Source: Chiloscyllium plagiosum
Lineage: Eukaryota
Direction: 5' to 3'
NCBI RefSeq assembly: GCF_004010195.1
Contig: NC_057757.1
Coordinates: 4,037,498 to 4,092,847 of the forward strand
Length of the DNA: 55,350 nt
In this document: in pieces, positions 24,957-37,004 of the stretch
How the letters are laid out: each line of letters begins with the position of its first letter
Position numbering within the stretch: position 1 is the stretch's first letter
Position numbers and translations under genes: made by a program
The notes under the pieces: generated by a model
Told to the model about the DNA's origin: nothing
Seen by the model: only the letters and a program-made list of their open reading frames with translations
Databases searched by the model: none

Positions 24957-27282
24957 CTGTCAACATTAGGAGAGGAGACCAGGCCAACAGGAGGAGGTGT
25001 GACAGCTGACTGGAGTTGGCCTAACTGCCTGCCTCTTAATAATACAGGAGTCCTTTGATCAGATCCCGAACCAGAGCCCGAGGGTTGAAGGAGCTGGGAA
25101 AGCAGAACACCGTGGCTCAGTGGTTAGCATTGCTGCCTCATAACACCAGGGACACGGGTTCAATTCCACCCTTGGGTGACTCCACTCTGTGGAGTTTGCA
25201 CGTTCCCCCTGTATGTGCATGAGTTCCCTCCAGGTTCTCTGGTTTTCTCCCACGGTCCAAAGAAAAGATTTGCAAGGATATTGCCAGGGTTGGAGGACTT
25301 GAGCTACAGGGAGAGGTTGAATAGGCTAGGGCTGTTTTCCCTGGATCGTCAGAAGCTGAGGGGTGACTTTATAGAGGTTTTATAAAATCACGAGGGGCAT
25401 GAGTAGGATAAATAGACAAAGCCTTTTCCCTGGGGTGTGGAGTCCAGAACTAGAGGGCATAGGTTTAGGATGAGAGGGTAAAGATATAAAAGAGACCCAA
25501 GGGACAACATTTTCAAGCAGAGGGTGGTACGTGTATGGAATGAGCTGCCAGAGAAAGTGGTGGAGGCTGGTACAATTACAACATTTAAAAGGCATCTGGA
25601 TGGGTATATGAAGAGGAAGGATGTGGAGGGATATGGGCCAGGTGCTGGCAGGTGGGACTAGATTCGGTTGGGATATTTGGTCAGCATGGACGAGTTGGGC
25701 TGAAGGGTCTGTTTCCATGCTTAACATCTCTATGACTCTATGTGCAGGTTAGGGTGGATTGGCCATGCTAAATTGTCCAAGTCAGGTGGGTCAACTATGG
25801 TAAATGTAGGGCGGGTGGGATGCTCTTCAGAGAGTCAGTACACACTCAAGAGACCCAATGGCCTCTCTCTGCATGGATTCTATGAAGGTTTGGCTGGAGG
25901 AATAAAGGCTTCAACTATTTTCTCAATAGCAAGGGTTTGGAAAGCTGAAACACAAAGGGACATGGGAGTCCTAGTTCAGGATTCTCTTAAGATTGACATG
26001 TAGGTTCAGGTGGCAGTTATAAAGGCAAATGCAATATAGGCGTTCATTTCAAAAGGGCTAGAATACAAGTGCAGAGATGTTCTGAGGCTGTATAAGGCTC
26101 TGGTCAGATCACATTTGGAATACCGTGAGCAGTTTCGGGCCCCGTATCTAAGGAAGGCTGTGCGGGCCTTGGAAGGGAGGGTCCAGACGAGGTTTACAAG
26201 CAAGATCCCAGGGATGAAGGGCTTGTCATTTGGGAGCGGTTGAGGACTCTGGGTCTGTACTCGATGGGGTTTGGAAGGATGGGGGTGGGTGGAATCTGAT
26301 TGAGAAGGGGTTTCCACCGGTTGGAGAGACTAGGACCAGAGGGCACAGCCTCAGGAGTGAAGGGATGGACTGAGATGAGGAGGAATTTCTTCAACCAGAG
26401 GGTGGCGACTCTGTGGAACTCATTGTCACAGAGAGCTGTGGAGGGCAAGTCATTAAGGCAGAGGTAAATAGATTCTGAGGAGGGTCACTACACCAGAAAC
26501 TTTAACTGTTTCTCTCTCTATAGCCCCTGTTAGACCCTGCTGTGCTTATCCAGCAATTTCTGGTTTTTGTTTCTGATTTCCAGCATCCAGAGTTTTTTGA
26601 CATTTCAGATACGTTCTCGATTGGTAAGGGGGATCAAGGATTACAGGGAGAGGGCGGGATAATGGGGTTGGAAAACATATCAGCCATGATCGAATGGTGG
26701 AGTTGATTTGGTGGACCAAGTGGGGCCAATTCTGCTCCTATATCTTGTGGTCAGAAGGTAGCAATGACTCCAGGGATTAGTGGAGACCATTCAGTCCCTA
26801 AGATCCATTCTATCATTGAGGTAGATTTCTGCTAGTGATGCCCAGAGTGAGGAAGAGGACACGGATTGGCATGTCGAAAGTCCTGCTCAGTTGAGATTTC
26901 TTTCAACACCCTGAGGTTTTCAAGGAGAATGGAAAGGCTGGTTGATAGAATTTTCCAAGGAGTGGGAATCCCTTGCTGAGAGATTCCCTGAGCAACCATC
27001 TACCTAACAGCAGTGGGACTGTTCGAACTCCCCGATTTTAAAGGATCCTCTCGGAGGGTGAGAGACAGACGGGGTGTTGGATGCATTGTCTGGAGGAATG
27101 CTCAATTCTCAGGGAATTGTCTTGGAGTTCACAACATCAGGTGAAATGGCAACCAGAAATCCCAGTCTAATGTTCCAGACCAGGATTTGACATGGAGATG
27201 TTCAGAAACCCCTCCTACCACCACTCCAATGCCCGCAAAATACATGAATTGGCTGCAATGATTGATTCATGAACACACACAC

Positions 27283-27411
27283 CAGTCAGTCTCCTGCCTC
27301 TGACCAAGAGGAGTGAAGTAACCAGTGTGCACAGGAAGATCCCAGAGAGCAGCCAAGCTGCCATCGACGCCAGCCATTTCCCATTGCTGTAAAATTCAGG
27401 AGGTCCTTCAC
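27283..27411 (-). CDS. Gene A exon 3: stalk, transmembrane helix and basic stop-transfer sequence
   Basis: Acceptor cttcctcctttccag|GT, donor CTG|gtgtgt, 129 nt, phase 1-1. Encodes (G)EGPPEFYSNGK-WLASMAAWLLSGIFLCTLVTSLLLV-RGRRLT. No charged residue in the helix. Confidence 0.88.
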
Positions 27412-29504
27412 CTGGAAAGGAGGAAGAGCCATCAGATTAGACACAAACCGGCTCCGGGAAAAGGCTTTCTCCCAGCCTCTCTTTGCACATTGATGCCCTG
27501 AACTGGATTCAAATCCTGCTCGAGGTTTTGTTCCAGCGAGTGCGCTGAGGGAGGATTTGGAGGAGCAGAGAGACGTTGAAAGAAAGACAGTTATGTTTCC
27601 TACCTGTGAACCCCCATCTCTCTGTTCCCTTCCCCTCCAACCCTGACTTCAACCATCATCCTCTCTGTTTCTCTCTGTCTGTCTCTCTGTCTCCCTGTCT
27701 CTCACTCTCTCTCTGTTGCTCTCTTTCTCTCTATCTCCCTGCCTCACTGTCTCTNNNNNNNNNNNNNNNNNNNNNNNNNNNNNNNNNNNNNNNNNNNNNN
27801 NNNNNNNNNNNNNNNNNNNNNNNNNNNNNNNNNNNNNNNNNNNNNNNNNNNNNNNNNNNNNNNNNNNNNNNNNNNNNNNNNNNGTCATACAGTACGGAAA
27901 TAGACCCTTCGGTCCAACCAGACCATGCAGACCAGATATCCCAAACTAAACCAGTCCCACCTGCCTGCTACTGGCCCATATCTCTCTAAACCTTTCCTAT
28001 TCAGGTACTTATCCAAATGTCTTTAAAATGTTGTAAATGTACCCACTTCCACCATTTCCTCAGGAGGTTTGTTCCACACATGAACACCCCGTGTAAAAAA
28101 GTTACCCCTCGTGTCTTTTTAAAATCTATCTCCGCTCTCCTTAAACATATGCCCCTTCGTCTTGAAATCCCTTACCCTAGCAAAAAGACACACACTCTCT
28201 CTCTATCTTACTCTTGTCTCTCTCTTTCTTTCTGCATCTCTGTTTTTCTTTCTTCCTGTCTCGTTCTCTGTCTGTCTCTCTATCTCTGTCTTTCTCTGTC
28301 ATAGAGTCATACAACACGGAAACAGACCCTTCGGTCCAACCAGTCCGTGCTGAACATAATCCCAAACCAAACTAGTCCCACCTACCTGCTCCTGGCCCAT
28401 AAACCTCTAAACCTTTCCCAATCATGTACTTATCTAAATGGCTTTTAAGTGCTGTAACTGTACCCGCATCCACCACTTCCTCTGGACGTTCATTCCACAT
28501 CCGAACCACTCTCGGTCTAAAAAAGTTACCGTTTACGTCTTTTTAAAATCTTTCTCCTATCACCTTAAAAATATGATAGGATTAGGATATTGGGCTGAAT
28601 GGGCCTTTTCCCATGCTGTAGACCCTCACAGATGGGCTGAAGGGTCTCTTCCTCTGCTGCTGACCTGCACAGATGGGCCAAAAAGCCTCTCCTTATGTTG
28701 CAGATCTCCACAGTTGGGCCAAAAGGCACCTTCCTATGTTGTAGACCTCCATAGATGGGCCGAAGGGCCCCTTCCTTTGCTGTAGACCACCACAGATGGG
28801 CCTCTCCCTATACTGTACACCACAGATGGGCCAAAGGGCCCCTTCCTTTGCTGTAGACCACCACAGATGGGCCTCTCCCCATGCTGTAGACCACCACAGA
28901 TGGACCGAAGGGCCTCTTCCTGTGCTGTCATCCTCCACAGATAGCCCCTAGTCTTGAAATACCTCACGTTAGGGAAAAGGCACACACTCTCTCTCTCTCT
29001 CTCTCTCTCTCTNNNNNNNNNNNNNNNNNNNNNNNNNNNNNNNNNNNNNNNNNNNNNNNNNNNNNNNNNNNNNNNNNNNNNNNNNNNNNNNNNNNNNNNN
29101 NNNNNNNNNNNNNNNNNNNNNNNNCTCTCTCCCTCTCTCTCCCTCTCTCTCTCTCTCTCTCTCAAGACTGGCACTCAGTGCATTCCTAAGGGAATCCTAC
29201 TCTATTAGACCCGTCTTTCAGTCTGTAACAATCTCCATTCACGACCTGCCTGCTGTCCTTACCTGGTCTGGTCTACACATGACTCTAGACTTCACAGCCA
29301 ATGTGGTTGACTTTTAAGTGTCCCTCTGAAAGATTTTCCATTCGGGGCAAACAGGAATGGCCAATAAATGCTGGCCCAGCCAGTGACACCCCCACCCTAT
29401 GAATAAATTAAAACAGAATCTAATTCACTCCTGAGTAATTGCTTGTAGAAGTTTCTCCACCACTGAATTTAAACTGATTGGGTTTGAGGGAATTGACTAG
29501 AGTT

Positions 29505-30121
29505 GTGGAGGTCAGCAGCACAGAAAGAGACCCTTCGGCCCATCTGAGGAGGGCTACAGCACAGAAAGAGACCCTTTGGCCTATCTGTGGAAGGCTACCG
29601 TATAGGGAAAGGCCCTTCAGTCCATCTGTGGAGGGCTACAGCACAGCAAGAGACCCTTCAGCTCATCTGTGGAGGGCTACAGTATAGGAAGAGGCCCTTC
29701 GGCACATCTGTGAAAGGCTACCATATAGGGAGAGGCCCTTTGGCCCATCTGTGGAGGGTTACAGCACAGCAAGAGACCCTTTGGCTATCTGTGGTGATCT
29801 AGAGAACAGGAAGACACCCTTCGGCCCATCTGTGTAGTCTACACAAAACTAGACTTGCCGGCCATCTGTGGAGGACAACAGCACAGGAAGAGGGCCTTCA
29901 GCCCGTCTGTGGTGGTCTACAGCATTGGGAGAGACCCATCAGCCCATCTGCAGAGGGCTATAGCATAGGAAGAGACCTTTTGGCCAATCTGAGGAGGTCT
30001 ACAAAATAAGGAGAGGCCTTTCAGCCCATCTGTGCAGGTTGACAGCAGAGAAAGAGACCCTTCGGTCCATCTGTGCAGCTATACAGCATAGGAAAAGGCC
30101 TCAGCTCAATATCCTAATCCC
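29505..30121 (+). repeat. About 40-bp diverged tandem array; inverted partial copy at 28577-28942
   Basis: Unit approximately ACAGCATAGGAAGAGGCCCTTCGGCCCATCTGTGGAGGGCT. The reverse complement starting at 30121 (GGATTAGGATATTG...) matches 28579 onward unit by unit. Confidence 0.85.
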
Positions 30122-30368
30122 ATTTTGCAGCACACTTGGCCCACAGCCTTGGCCTCACAAGTGCACATCTCAACACTTCCTCAAGGCCTCTCCCACCCTC
30201 ACAGGCAGCGAGTTCCAGACTCCCCCCTGTCCTCCCAACACCCTCTGGGCGAATCCCACCACCTTTTCTTCGGCGTTCGGGGATAACTGAAACATCATCA
30301 AATCCACCCTCACTTCCTTCAAAACCCTCGGACGCGTCCCAACGGGTCCCGGACTCCAAAAGGTGTAC

Positions 30369-30731
30369 CTGACGCCTCAACGATCAAAACAGTTCCGTTC
30401 CCCCGTCCTGTCTTAATCGGGACCGGTCGCTCAATCTGAAGGTGACAGTAATATGTCCCGTTGTCCTTCAGCTGGGCGCTGTTGATGTGCAACATGAAGA
30501 GTCCCGAGTTCCATTTGATGGAGGCGCTGATCCTGTGGTGCCTACAGTTTTCAGTATGACTGTAGTTTTGCATCTTACAGGAGAGGATGGTGTCGTCCTC
30601 ATTTGCCCATTCAAAGAACGCTTCAGAGATCTGCTGTGGGGTGTCAAGGCTGCAGTTTACATGGGCATCAGCTCCTTCTTTCACAGTGAGAATTGAGGGA
30701 GTTTGGGAAATCAAGATGTCAGTATAGGCAC
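30369..30731 (-). CDS. Gene A exon 2: VJ-type IgV domain resembling the CD28/CTLA-4 family
   Basis: Acceptor ttttcag|GT, donor TCAG|gtacac, 363 nt, phase 1-1, open frame. Has B-strand Cys (HVNC), C-strand Trp (FFEW), DNGTYYC and a J-like GRGNGTVLIV. Extra Cys pair SCKMQNYSHTENC. F-G loop CHLQIERPVPIKTGRGNGT has the same length and P-x-P/G positions as CTLA-4 CKVELMYPPPYYLGIGNGT. Confidence 0.93.
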
Positions 30732-30959
30732 CTGAAAACATAAGAACATTAGAATGTAAGAACTAGGAGCAGGAGTAGGCTGTCTGGCCAATCGATGCTG
30801 CTCGGACATTCAGTAAGGTCAGGGCTGATCTTTTTTGTGGACCCAGCTCCACTTACCCATCCACTCACCCTAACACACCAGACACATGCACAGACCAGCT
30901 ATTCAACAACAATCATCCTAACACCCACAAACGGAGCTGCATCAGGACATTATTTAAAC

Positions 30960-31320
30960 GAGCCACAACGCAATCACAAAGGCCAACCTCCCATCTATAG
31001 AATCCATCTCTCAGGCCCGCTGTCAAGGAAAGGCCCTAGCATTCTCAAAGATCCATCCCACCCTGGCAATGTTTTTCTACAACCTCTACCATCGGGGAGA
31101 AGGTACAGAAGCCTGAACACACGCACCAGCCGGTTTCGAAACAGTTTCTACCCTACTGTTGTTAGAATACTGAATGGACTCTGTGTTTTTGTTTTTGCCA
31201 CTGTTTACCTATTATTTACTTATCTATGTTACTTAACTCTGTGATCTGCCTGGATTGCTCGCAAGACAGAGCTTTTCACTGTGCCTCGGTACACGTGACA
31301 ATAAATTCAATTCAATTCCA
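30960..31320 (+). mobile_element. 3' fragment of the same Rex1-like family, inside gene A intron 1
   Basis: Near reverse complement of 763-1135 (aaagatccatcccaccctggcaat...cggtacacgtgacaataaattcaattcaat). Confidence 0.8.
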
Positions 31321-31519
31321 ATACACTGCAGCACCCAGGAACAATGAGATGAATTATAAAGTGTGTTTTGCTTCAAGCCTGGTAGTTTAACCAATTGATT
31401 TACATCTGGAACACAATGCCTTAATACTTGAAATTAAAATTTTAAGAAGTTAGAGTCTTGGCCACCTTCTTAATATGTTTTGAAAGGGTTTAGTCTGGTC
31501 TTTAACAGTGGTGAGAATG

Positions 31520-32207
31520 TGTAACTCCCTATCCAAAAAAACCTATACAACGTATTCAGGAACAACGGGTATGCGACAAGCACAGTCCAAATCTAAACAA
31601 GACACAACACTCCCAGAGACTCTAGCCACACTCTCATACATTAAAAACATCTCAGAGATGATGACAAGACTACTGCAACCCATATGCATCGTGGTAGCCC
31701 ACAAACCTACCGGCACACTGAGACAGCTCCTGATTAATCTAAAGGACCCCTTACCAACAACCAGCAGAATGAACATCATATACAAAATACCCTGCAAGGA
31801 CTGCAACAAACATTACACTGGACAGACAGGCAGGAAACTAGCCATCAGGATACATGAGCACCGACTAGCCACCAAAAGACACGATCAACTATCATTAGTA
31901 TCCTTACACACAGAGGATGAGGGACACCAGTTCGACTGGGACAATATATCCATCCTGACATAGGCTAGACAGAGACACGCACGGGAATTCCTAGAGGCCT
32001 GGCATTCAAACTGGAACTCCATCAACAATATATCGATTTGGACGCCATTTACCAACCATTCAGGAAAGCGATATCACCCACCACAACAGACCAAGACACA
32101 TAAACAGAAAGCGGGACAGAACACCAGCATTTCACTTATAATGTCACTGAGCATGGTGACCAAATGTCTGAGAACAAACCTACCAGCTCAGCGAACAAAC
32201 TTACAAC
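31520..32207 (+). mobile_element. Penelope-like element fragment (GIY-YIG endonuclease region)
   Basis: ORF 31508-31963 contains VAHKP, LKDP and NIIYKIPCKDCNKHYTGQTGRKLAIRIHEH, a GIY-YIG signature of PLEs. Premature stop present. Confidence 0.88.
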
Positions 32208-33058
32208 CCCGCCCTAACCCTTAATTCGTTACTGTTCCAAAATCTATCTATCAACAGTCAACCGGGTAGCTTCAACTGTTTCCCTTGGCAGGGAATTCCA
32301 CAGGTTCACAACCCTTTGGGGGAAGAAATTCCTCCTTAACTCAGTCCTGAATATGCTCTCCACTATTTTGAGGCTATGCTGCCTAGTTCTAGTTCCACCC
32401 ACCAGTGGAAACAACCTCCCTGCTTCTATCTTATCTACTCCCTTCATCATTTGATATGTTTGTATAAGATATCCCCTCATTCTTCTAGATTCTAATGAGC
32501 ATGATCTTACAGAGTGATCTTATAGAGGTTTATAAAATCATGAGGAGCATGGAAAGAGAATAGGCAAGGTCTTGTCCCCAGGGTCCAAAACTAGAGGGGG
32601 TGCAGGTTTAAGGTGAGAGGGAAAAGGTTTAAAAGGGACCCGAGAGGCAACTTTTTCATGCAGAGGGTGGTGCCTGTATGGAACGAGCTGCCAGAGGAAG
32701 TGGTGGAGCCTGGTACAATTACAACATTTAAAAGGCATTTGGATGGGTACATGAATAGGAAAGGTTTGGAAGGGTATGGACCAAGTGCTGGCAAATAGGA
32801 CTGGATTAATTTAAGATATCTGCTCTGTTTCTGTGCTGTACAACTCTGAGACTCTATGTGTATAGTCTAGTTTACTCAATCTCTCCAGATTGTAAACTTT
32901 ATGGTGTTTGAAAGGGTCTTTGTGAGTGTGTGAGCCGAAAGGGAGAGAGCCAGCCCCTTCCCCCATTGCAGTTCTTTACCCATAGGGACCTTTATGTCTT
33001 CTAAAATGTTCCTGTTCCTCAAAAGACCTTTTGGATATGGAGTTACACATCCTCACAA

Positions 33059-33515
33059 CTGTTAAAACCAGACCAAACCCTCTCAAAACATATTAAGAAG
33101 GTGGCTGAGACTTTAACGTTTTTTTATTTTAAACGCAAGTGTTAAGGCATTGTGTTCCGGATGCAAATCAATTGGTTAAACTACCAGGCTCGAAGTAAAA
33201 CACACTTTATTCAAACCCTTTAGTTAAAATACAACAAGAGAAAGCAGAAATTGGAATAACTTTACTGGAAAACTTAATAGAATAACAGATTATTGAACTA
33301 TTCAACAGTAACTGTCCCAATATAGTAATATCCCATGAACACACCCTTGGCAAAGGCAAATTCAGTAAAATAGGTTATCTCACAGGCAATTCTCCAATAC
33401 AGGAGGGAAAAATAACGCATCAAGAGAAAACTCTGATAGAGAGAGGAACAGGGAGAGATGTACTGCAGTGTTCAAACCCAGCTTCAAGACCCAAGCAAGT
33501 GCTGCTGATTTAAAG
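33059..33515 (-). mobile_element. LTR-like fragment; partial inverted copy at 31345-31508
   Basis: 33059-33215 is a diverged reverse complement of 31345-31508. On this strand it ends ...TTTAACA with AATAAA upstream, like the other LTR 3' ends. Confidence 0.5.
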
Positions 33516-34738
33516 AAATTGGTACATTGCAGAAATAAAATCACTGTTTTCCCACTCTCTCATAAAAGAGAGATAACTGGTGGTCGGTCCAAGTTGAGAG
33601 TCACCATGTCTCATGCCCTCATGGCAACCTTAGCTGCTGTGGGAATTGAACCCACACTGTCGGGGTGAGACTACGTTGCAAATCAGCCAACTGAGCCAAG
33701 ACAGATTAGAGTAATAGAGTCATACAGCACAGAAACAGACCATTCGGCCCAACATGTCCATGCTGACCAAGATTCCCATACTAAACTAGCACATTTGCCC
33801 ACATTTTGCCCATATCCCTCTAAATTCTTCCAAATAATGTACCCGTCTAAATGTCTTCTCAATGTCGTGATTGTCCCTGTCTCTACCACTTCCTATAGTA
33901 GCTTGTTCCATACACATATCATTTCCTCTGTGTGAAAAAGTTGCCCCTCAGGTCACATTTATATCTTTTCTCTCTCACTTTAAATCTCTGGTTTTTGGGC
34001 TCCCCTCCTCCAGGGAAATGACCTTGACCATTCACCTTGTCCATGCCCCTCATGACTTTATAAATCTCTGTAAGGTCACTCCTCAGTCTTCGACGTCCAA
34101 GGAAAAAGTCCCCGCCTCTCCTTGTAACTGAAACCCTCCTGTCTCAGTAACATCCCTGTCAAATCTTTTTGGCACCCATTCCAGTTTACAACATCATTCC
34201 TGTAGCAGGGCAACCCAGGCTTGTACGCAGTGCTCCAGATGTGGCCTCACCAATGTTTTGCACAGCCCCAACATGATGTCCCAACTCCTGGACGGTTCTC
34301 CCCATTTCCCCCAGTTCCAAAAAAAAACAAAGATCTGTCTATCTCAGCTGTAAATGTACTCAAGCACTGGAGCTTCCTCAAGTGAAGATGGATTAGAGTC
34401 ACAGGGTCATACAGACACAGACCCTTCGGTACAACTTGTCCATGCAAACCAGACATCCCAATCTGACCTAGTCACATTTAGTTTAGATTAGATTCCCTAC
34501 AGTATGGAAACAGGCCCTTCAGCCCAACAAGTCCACACCGACCCTCCAAAGAGCAACACAACCAGACCCATTCACGTACGCTATAATTAAACATGACTAA
34601 TGCACCTAACATTATGGGCAATTTAGCATGGCCAATTCACCTGACCTGGTCATATTTGCCAGCATTTGCCCCATATCTGTGTAAATGTTCATCTGAAGCA
34701 CTGGGCACTTCTAGTCATTGTCTGCCACTAGGAAAAAG

Positions 34739-35240
34739 TTGTTGTGGTTCTGTTCGCCGAGCTGGGAATTTGTGTTGCAGACGTTTCGTCCCCTGTCTAG
34801 GTGACATCCTCAGAGCTTGGGAGCCTCCTGTGAAGCGCTTCTGTGATCTTTCCTCCGGTATTTGTAGTGGTTTGAATCTGCCGCTTCCGGTTGTCAGTTC
34901 CAGCTGTCCGTTGCTATTATAGGACAAGCCAAACAGAGAACAGCCAGGGAATTCCTAGAGGCATGGCACTCATCCACAGATTCAATCAATAAGCAAATCG
35001 ATCTGGACCCAATATACCGACCACTGCAGCGGACAGCTGGAACTGACAACCGGAAGCAGCAGGGACAAATCACTACAAATGCCGGAGGAAAGATCACAGA
35101 AGCGCTTCACAGGAGGCTTCCAAGTACTGAGGATGTCACCTAGACAGGGGACGAAATGTCTGCAACACAAATTCCCGGCTCGGTGAACAGAACCACAACA
35201 ACGAGCACCCGAGCTACAAATCTTCTCACAAACTTTGAAC
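34739..35240. mobile_element. Penelope-like element 3' end with inverted pseudo-LTR copy and hammerhead cores
   Basis: 34739-34914 is the reverse complement of about 35026-35200. 34920-35025 encodes the PLE C-terminus (REFLEAWHS). CTGAGGA-stem-GAAA is present in both arms. Confidence 0.85.
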
Positions 35241-35494
35241 TCAGAAAAAGACCTGTTTAATCCTACTGTTTGCTTACTGTCTGCCAACCAGTTCTCTATC
35301 CATTTCAACAGATTATCCCTAATCCCGTGCCATCTAATTGTGCATACAATATCCAAAATCTGAGTAAGGTGAGGGGTGGAGGGGTGACTATTTCATGCAG
35401 AGGGTGGTGCATGTTTGGAATGAGCTGCCAGAGGAAGTGGTGGAGACTGGTACAATTACAATATTTAAAAGGCACCTGGATGGGTATATGAATA

Positions 35495-35717
35495 GGGGAA
35501 AGTGAGGACTGCAGATGCTGGAGATCAGAGCTGAAAAATGTGTTGCTGGAAAGGCGCAGCAAGTCAGGCAGCATCCAAGGAGCAGGAGAATCGATGTTTC
35601 AGGTATAAGCCCTTCTTCAGGATTCCTGAAGAAGGGCTAATGCCCGAAACGTCGATTCTCCTGCTCCTTGGATGCTGCCTGACCTGTTGCGCTTTTCCAA
35701 CAACACATTTTTCAGCA
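35495..35717. repeat. Palindromic PLE-derived short repeat; related copies at about 354-570, 3435-3520, 4465-4550, 14770-14960, 24040-24195, 42900-43010, 46160-46285, 48841-49030
   Basis: Arms ...GCAGCATCCAAGGAGCAGGAGAATCGATGTTTCAGG... and ...CCTGAAGAAGGGCTAATGCCCGAAACGTCGATTCTCCTGCTCCTTGGATGCTGCC... form an inverted repeat. The sequence matches the 3' end of the PLE at 10777-10865. Confidence 0.8.
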
Positions 35718-36893
35718 GGGTATATGAATAGGAAGGATTTAGAGGGATAGGGGTCGGGTGCTGGCTAGATTAATTTCAGATATCTGATTGGCATGGATTA
35801 GTTGGACCGAAGGATCTGTATCTGTGCTGTACAGCTCCACGACTCTGAATTTCAGATTTAAATTCAGGTAATGGTGGGATTTGAACCTGCAAACCCTCAA
35901 ATTGAAGATTAAAGGCTAATGGCATTTCTTAAAATCCAGATTAAAAGCAGTGTTTGATTTATTGTTATCACATGTACCTGAGTACACAGAAAAGTTTTGT
36001 TTTGTGAGCAGTACAGGCAGATTATAGCAAACAAGGACATTCAGATCATCAGGGGTTCAGACAGAGTGAGGCATACAAGTTTACACCTGCACAGAAAGTG
36101 TACAAAGGTCAGTGTTAGTTGAAGTTAAGAAGCTCCATATAGAAGCCTAATAAGAGGCTGTTCTTGAACTGTTGGTAGATGTGCTCAAGCTTCTGTTGCA
36201 ACATGCAACCATTTAAGGATAGCTATCTTTTTGCAGACAGTTCAGGATTGGCCATACACACTGACTTAGCCGGTGACACCCGCATCCTGTGACTGACTGA
36301 GAAGCCAAAAGCTCAACACAAGGATTTGATAACACAGGAGAGATTGATTAGACTGGGACGATACTCATTGGAACTTTGTGGAGTGAGGGGGTAGTCTTCA
36401 CGAAACATGTTAAATTATGAAGGGAACAGAGAAGATAGAAGCAGGGAGGTTGTTTCCACAGGGGGTGAAACTAGAACGAGGGGGGTGTAGCCTCAAAATA
36501 AGGGGGAGCAGATTTGGGACTGAGTTGAGGAGGACCTTCTACACCCAGAGGCTTGTGAATCTGTGGAATTCCCTGCCAAGGGAAGCAGTTGAGGCCAACT
36601 CGTTGAATGTTGACAGATAGATTTTGGAACAGGAAAGGAATTAAGGGTGAGCAAGCAGAGCTGAGTCCACAAGAAAGATCTAGCCATGATCTTATTGAAT
36701 GGCAGGGCAGCGACAAGGTGGCCTCCTCCTGCTCCTAGGTCTCATGTTCTGAGACCGGCTTTCGATTGAAATCGATTGCAATAAAAATCCGCCAGCGACT
36801 TTGATAGGGTTTGAAACTCAATCGGCACAGCAATTGAACTGGGTATTATCCACCCAACAGAGTGCAACTGGAACTTCCTTACAGCGTTCTTAC

Positions 36894-36960
36894 CTTGAAG
36901 ATCCAAGGCCAGAAAGATGAGCAGGGCGGTGAAAGTATTTAAGACGGCTTCAAATCCCAT
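36894..36960 (-). CDS. Gene A exon 1: signal peptide of a CD28/PD-1-family-like inhibitory receptor
   Basis: ATG in good context (gccgaaATGG). Encodes MGFEAVLNTFTALLIFLALDLQ with a hydrophobic core. Ends at a strong phase-1 donor CAAG|gtaaga; 67 nt. Joins in frame to the 30731 acceptor, giving ...LQGAYT/DILISQTP, a typical V-domain N-terminus. Confidence 0.85.
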
Positions 36961-37004
36961 TTCGGCTGAGTTGGAGGGTTATCTGCCTCTGTTATTGCCA
37001 TTCT

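Noticed and set aside
17305-36960. Assigning a gene symbol (PDCD1, CTLA4, CD28, TMIGD2, BTLA, NCR3)
   Set aside because: Diagnostic motifs are missing (MYPPPY, YMNM/YVKM, TEYATI, charged TM residue); orthology needs phylogeny and synteny.
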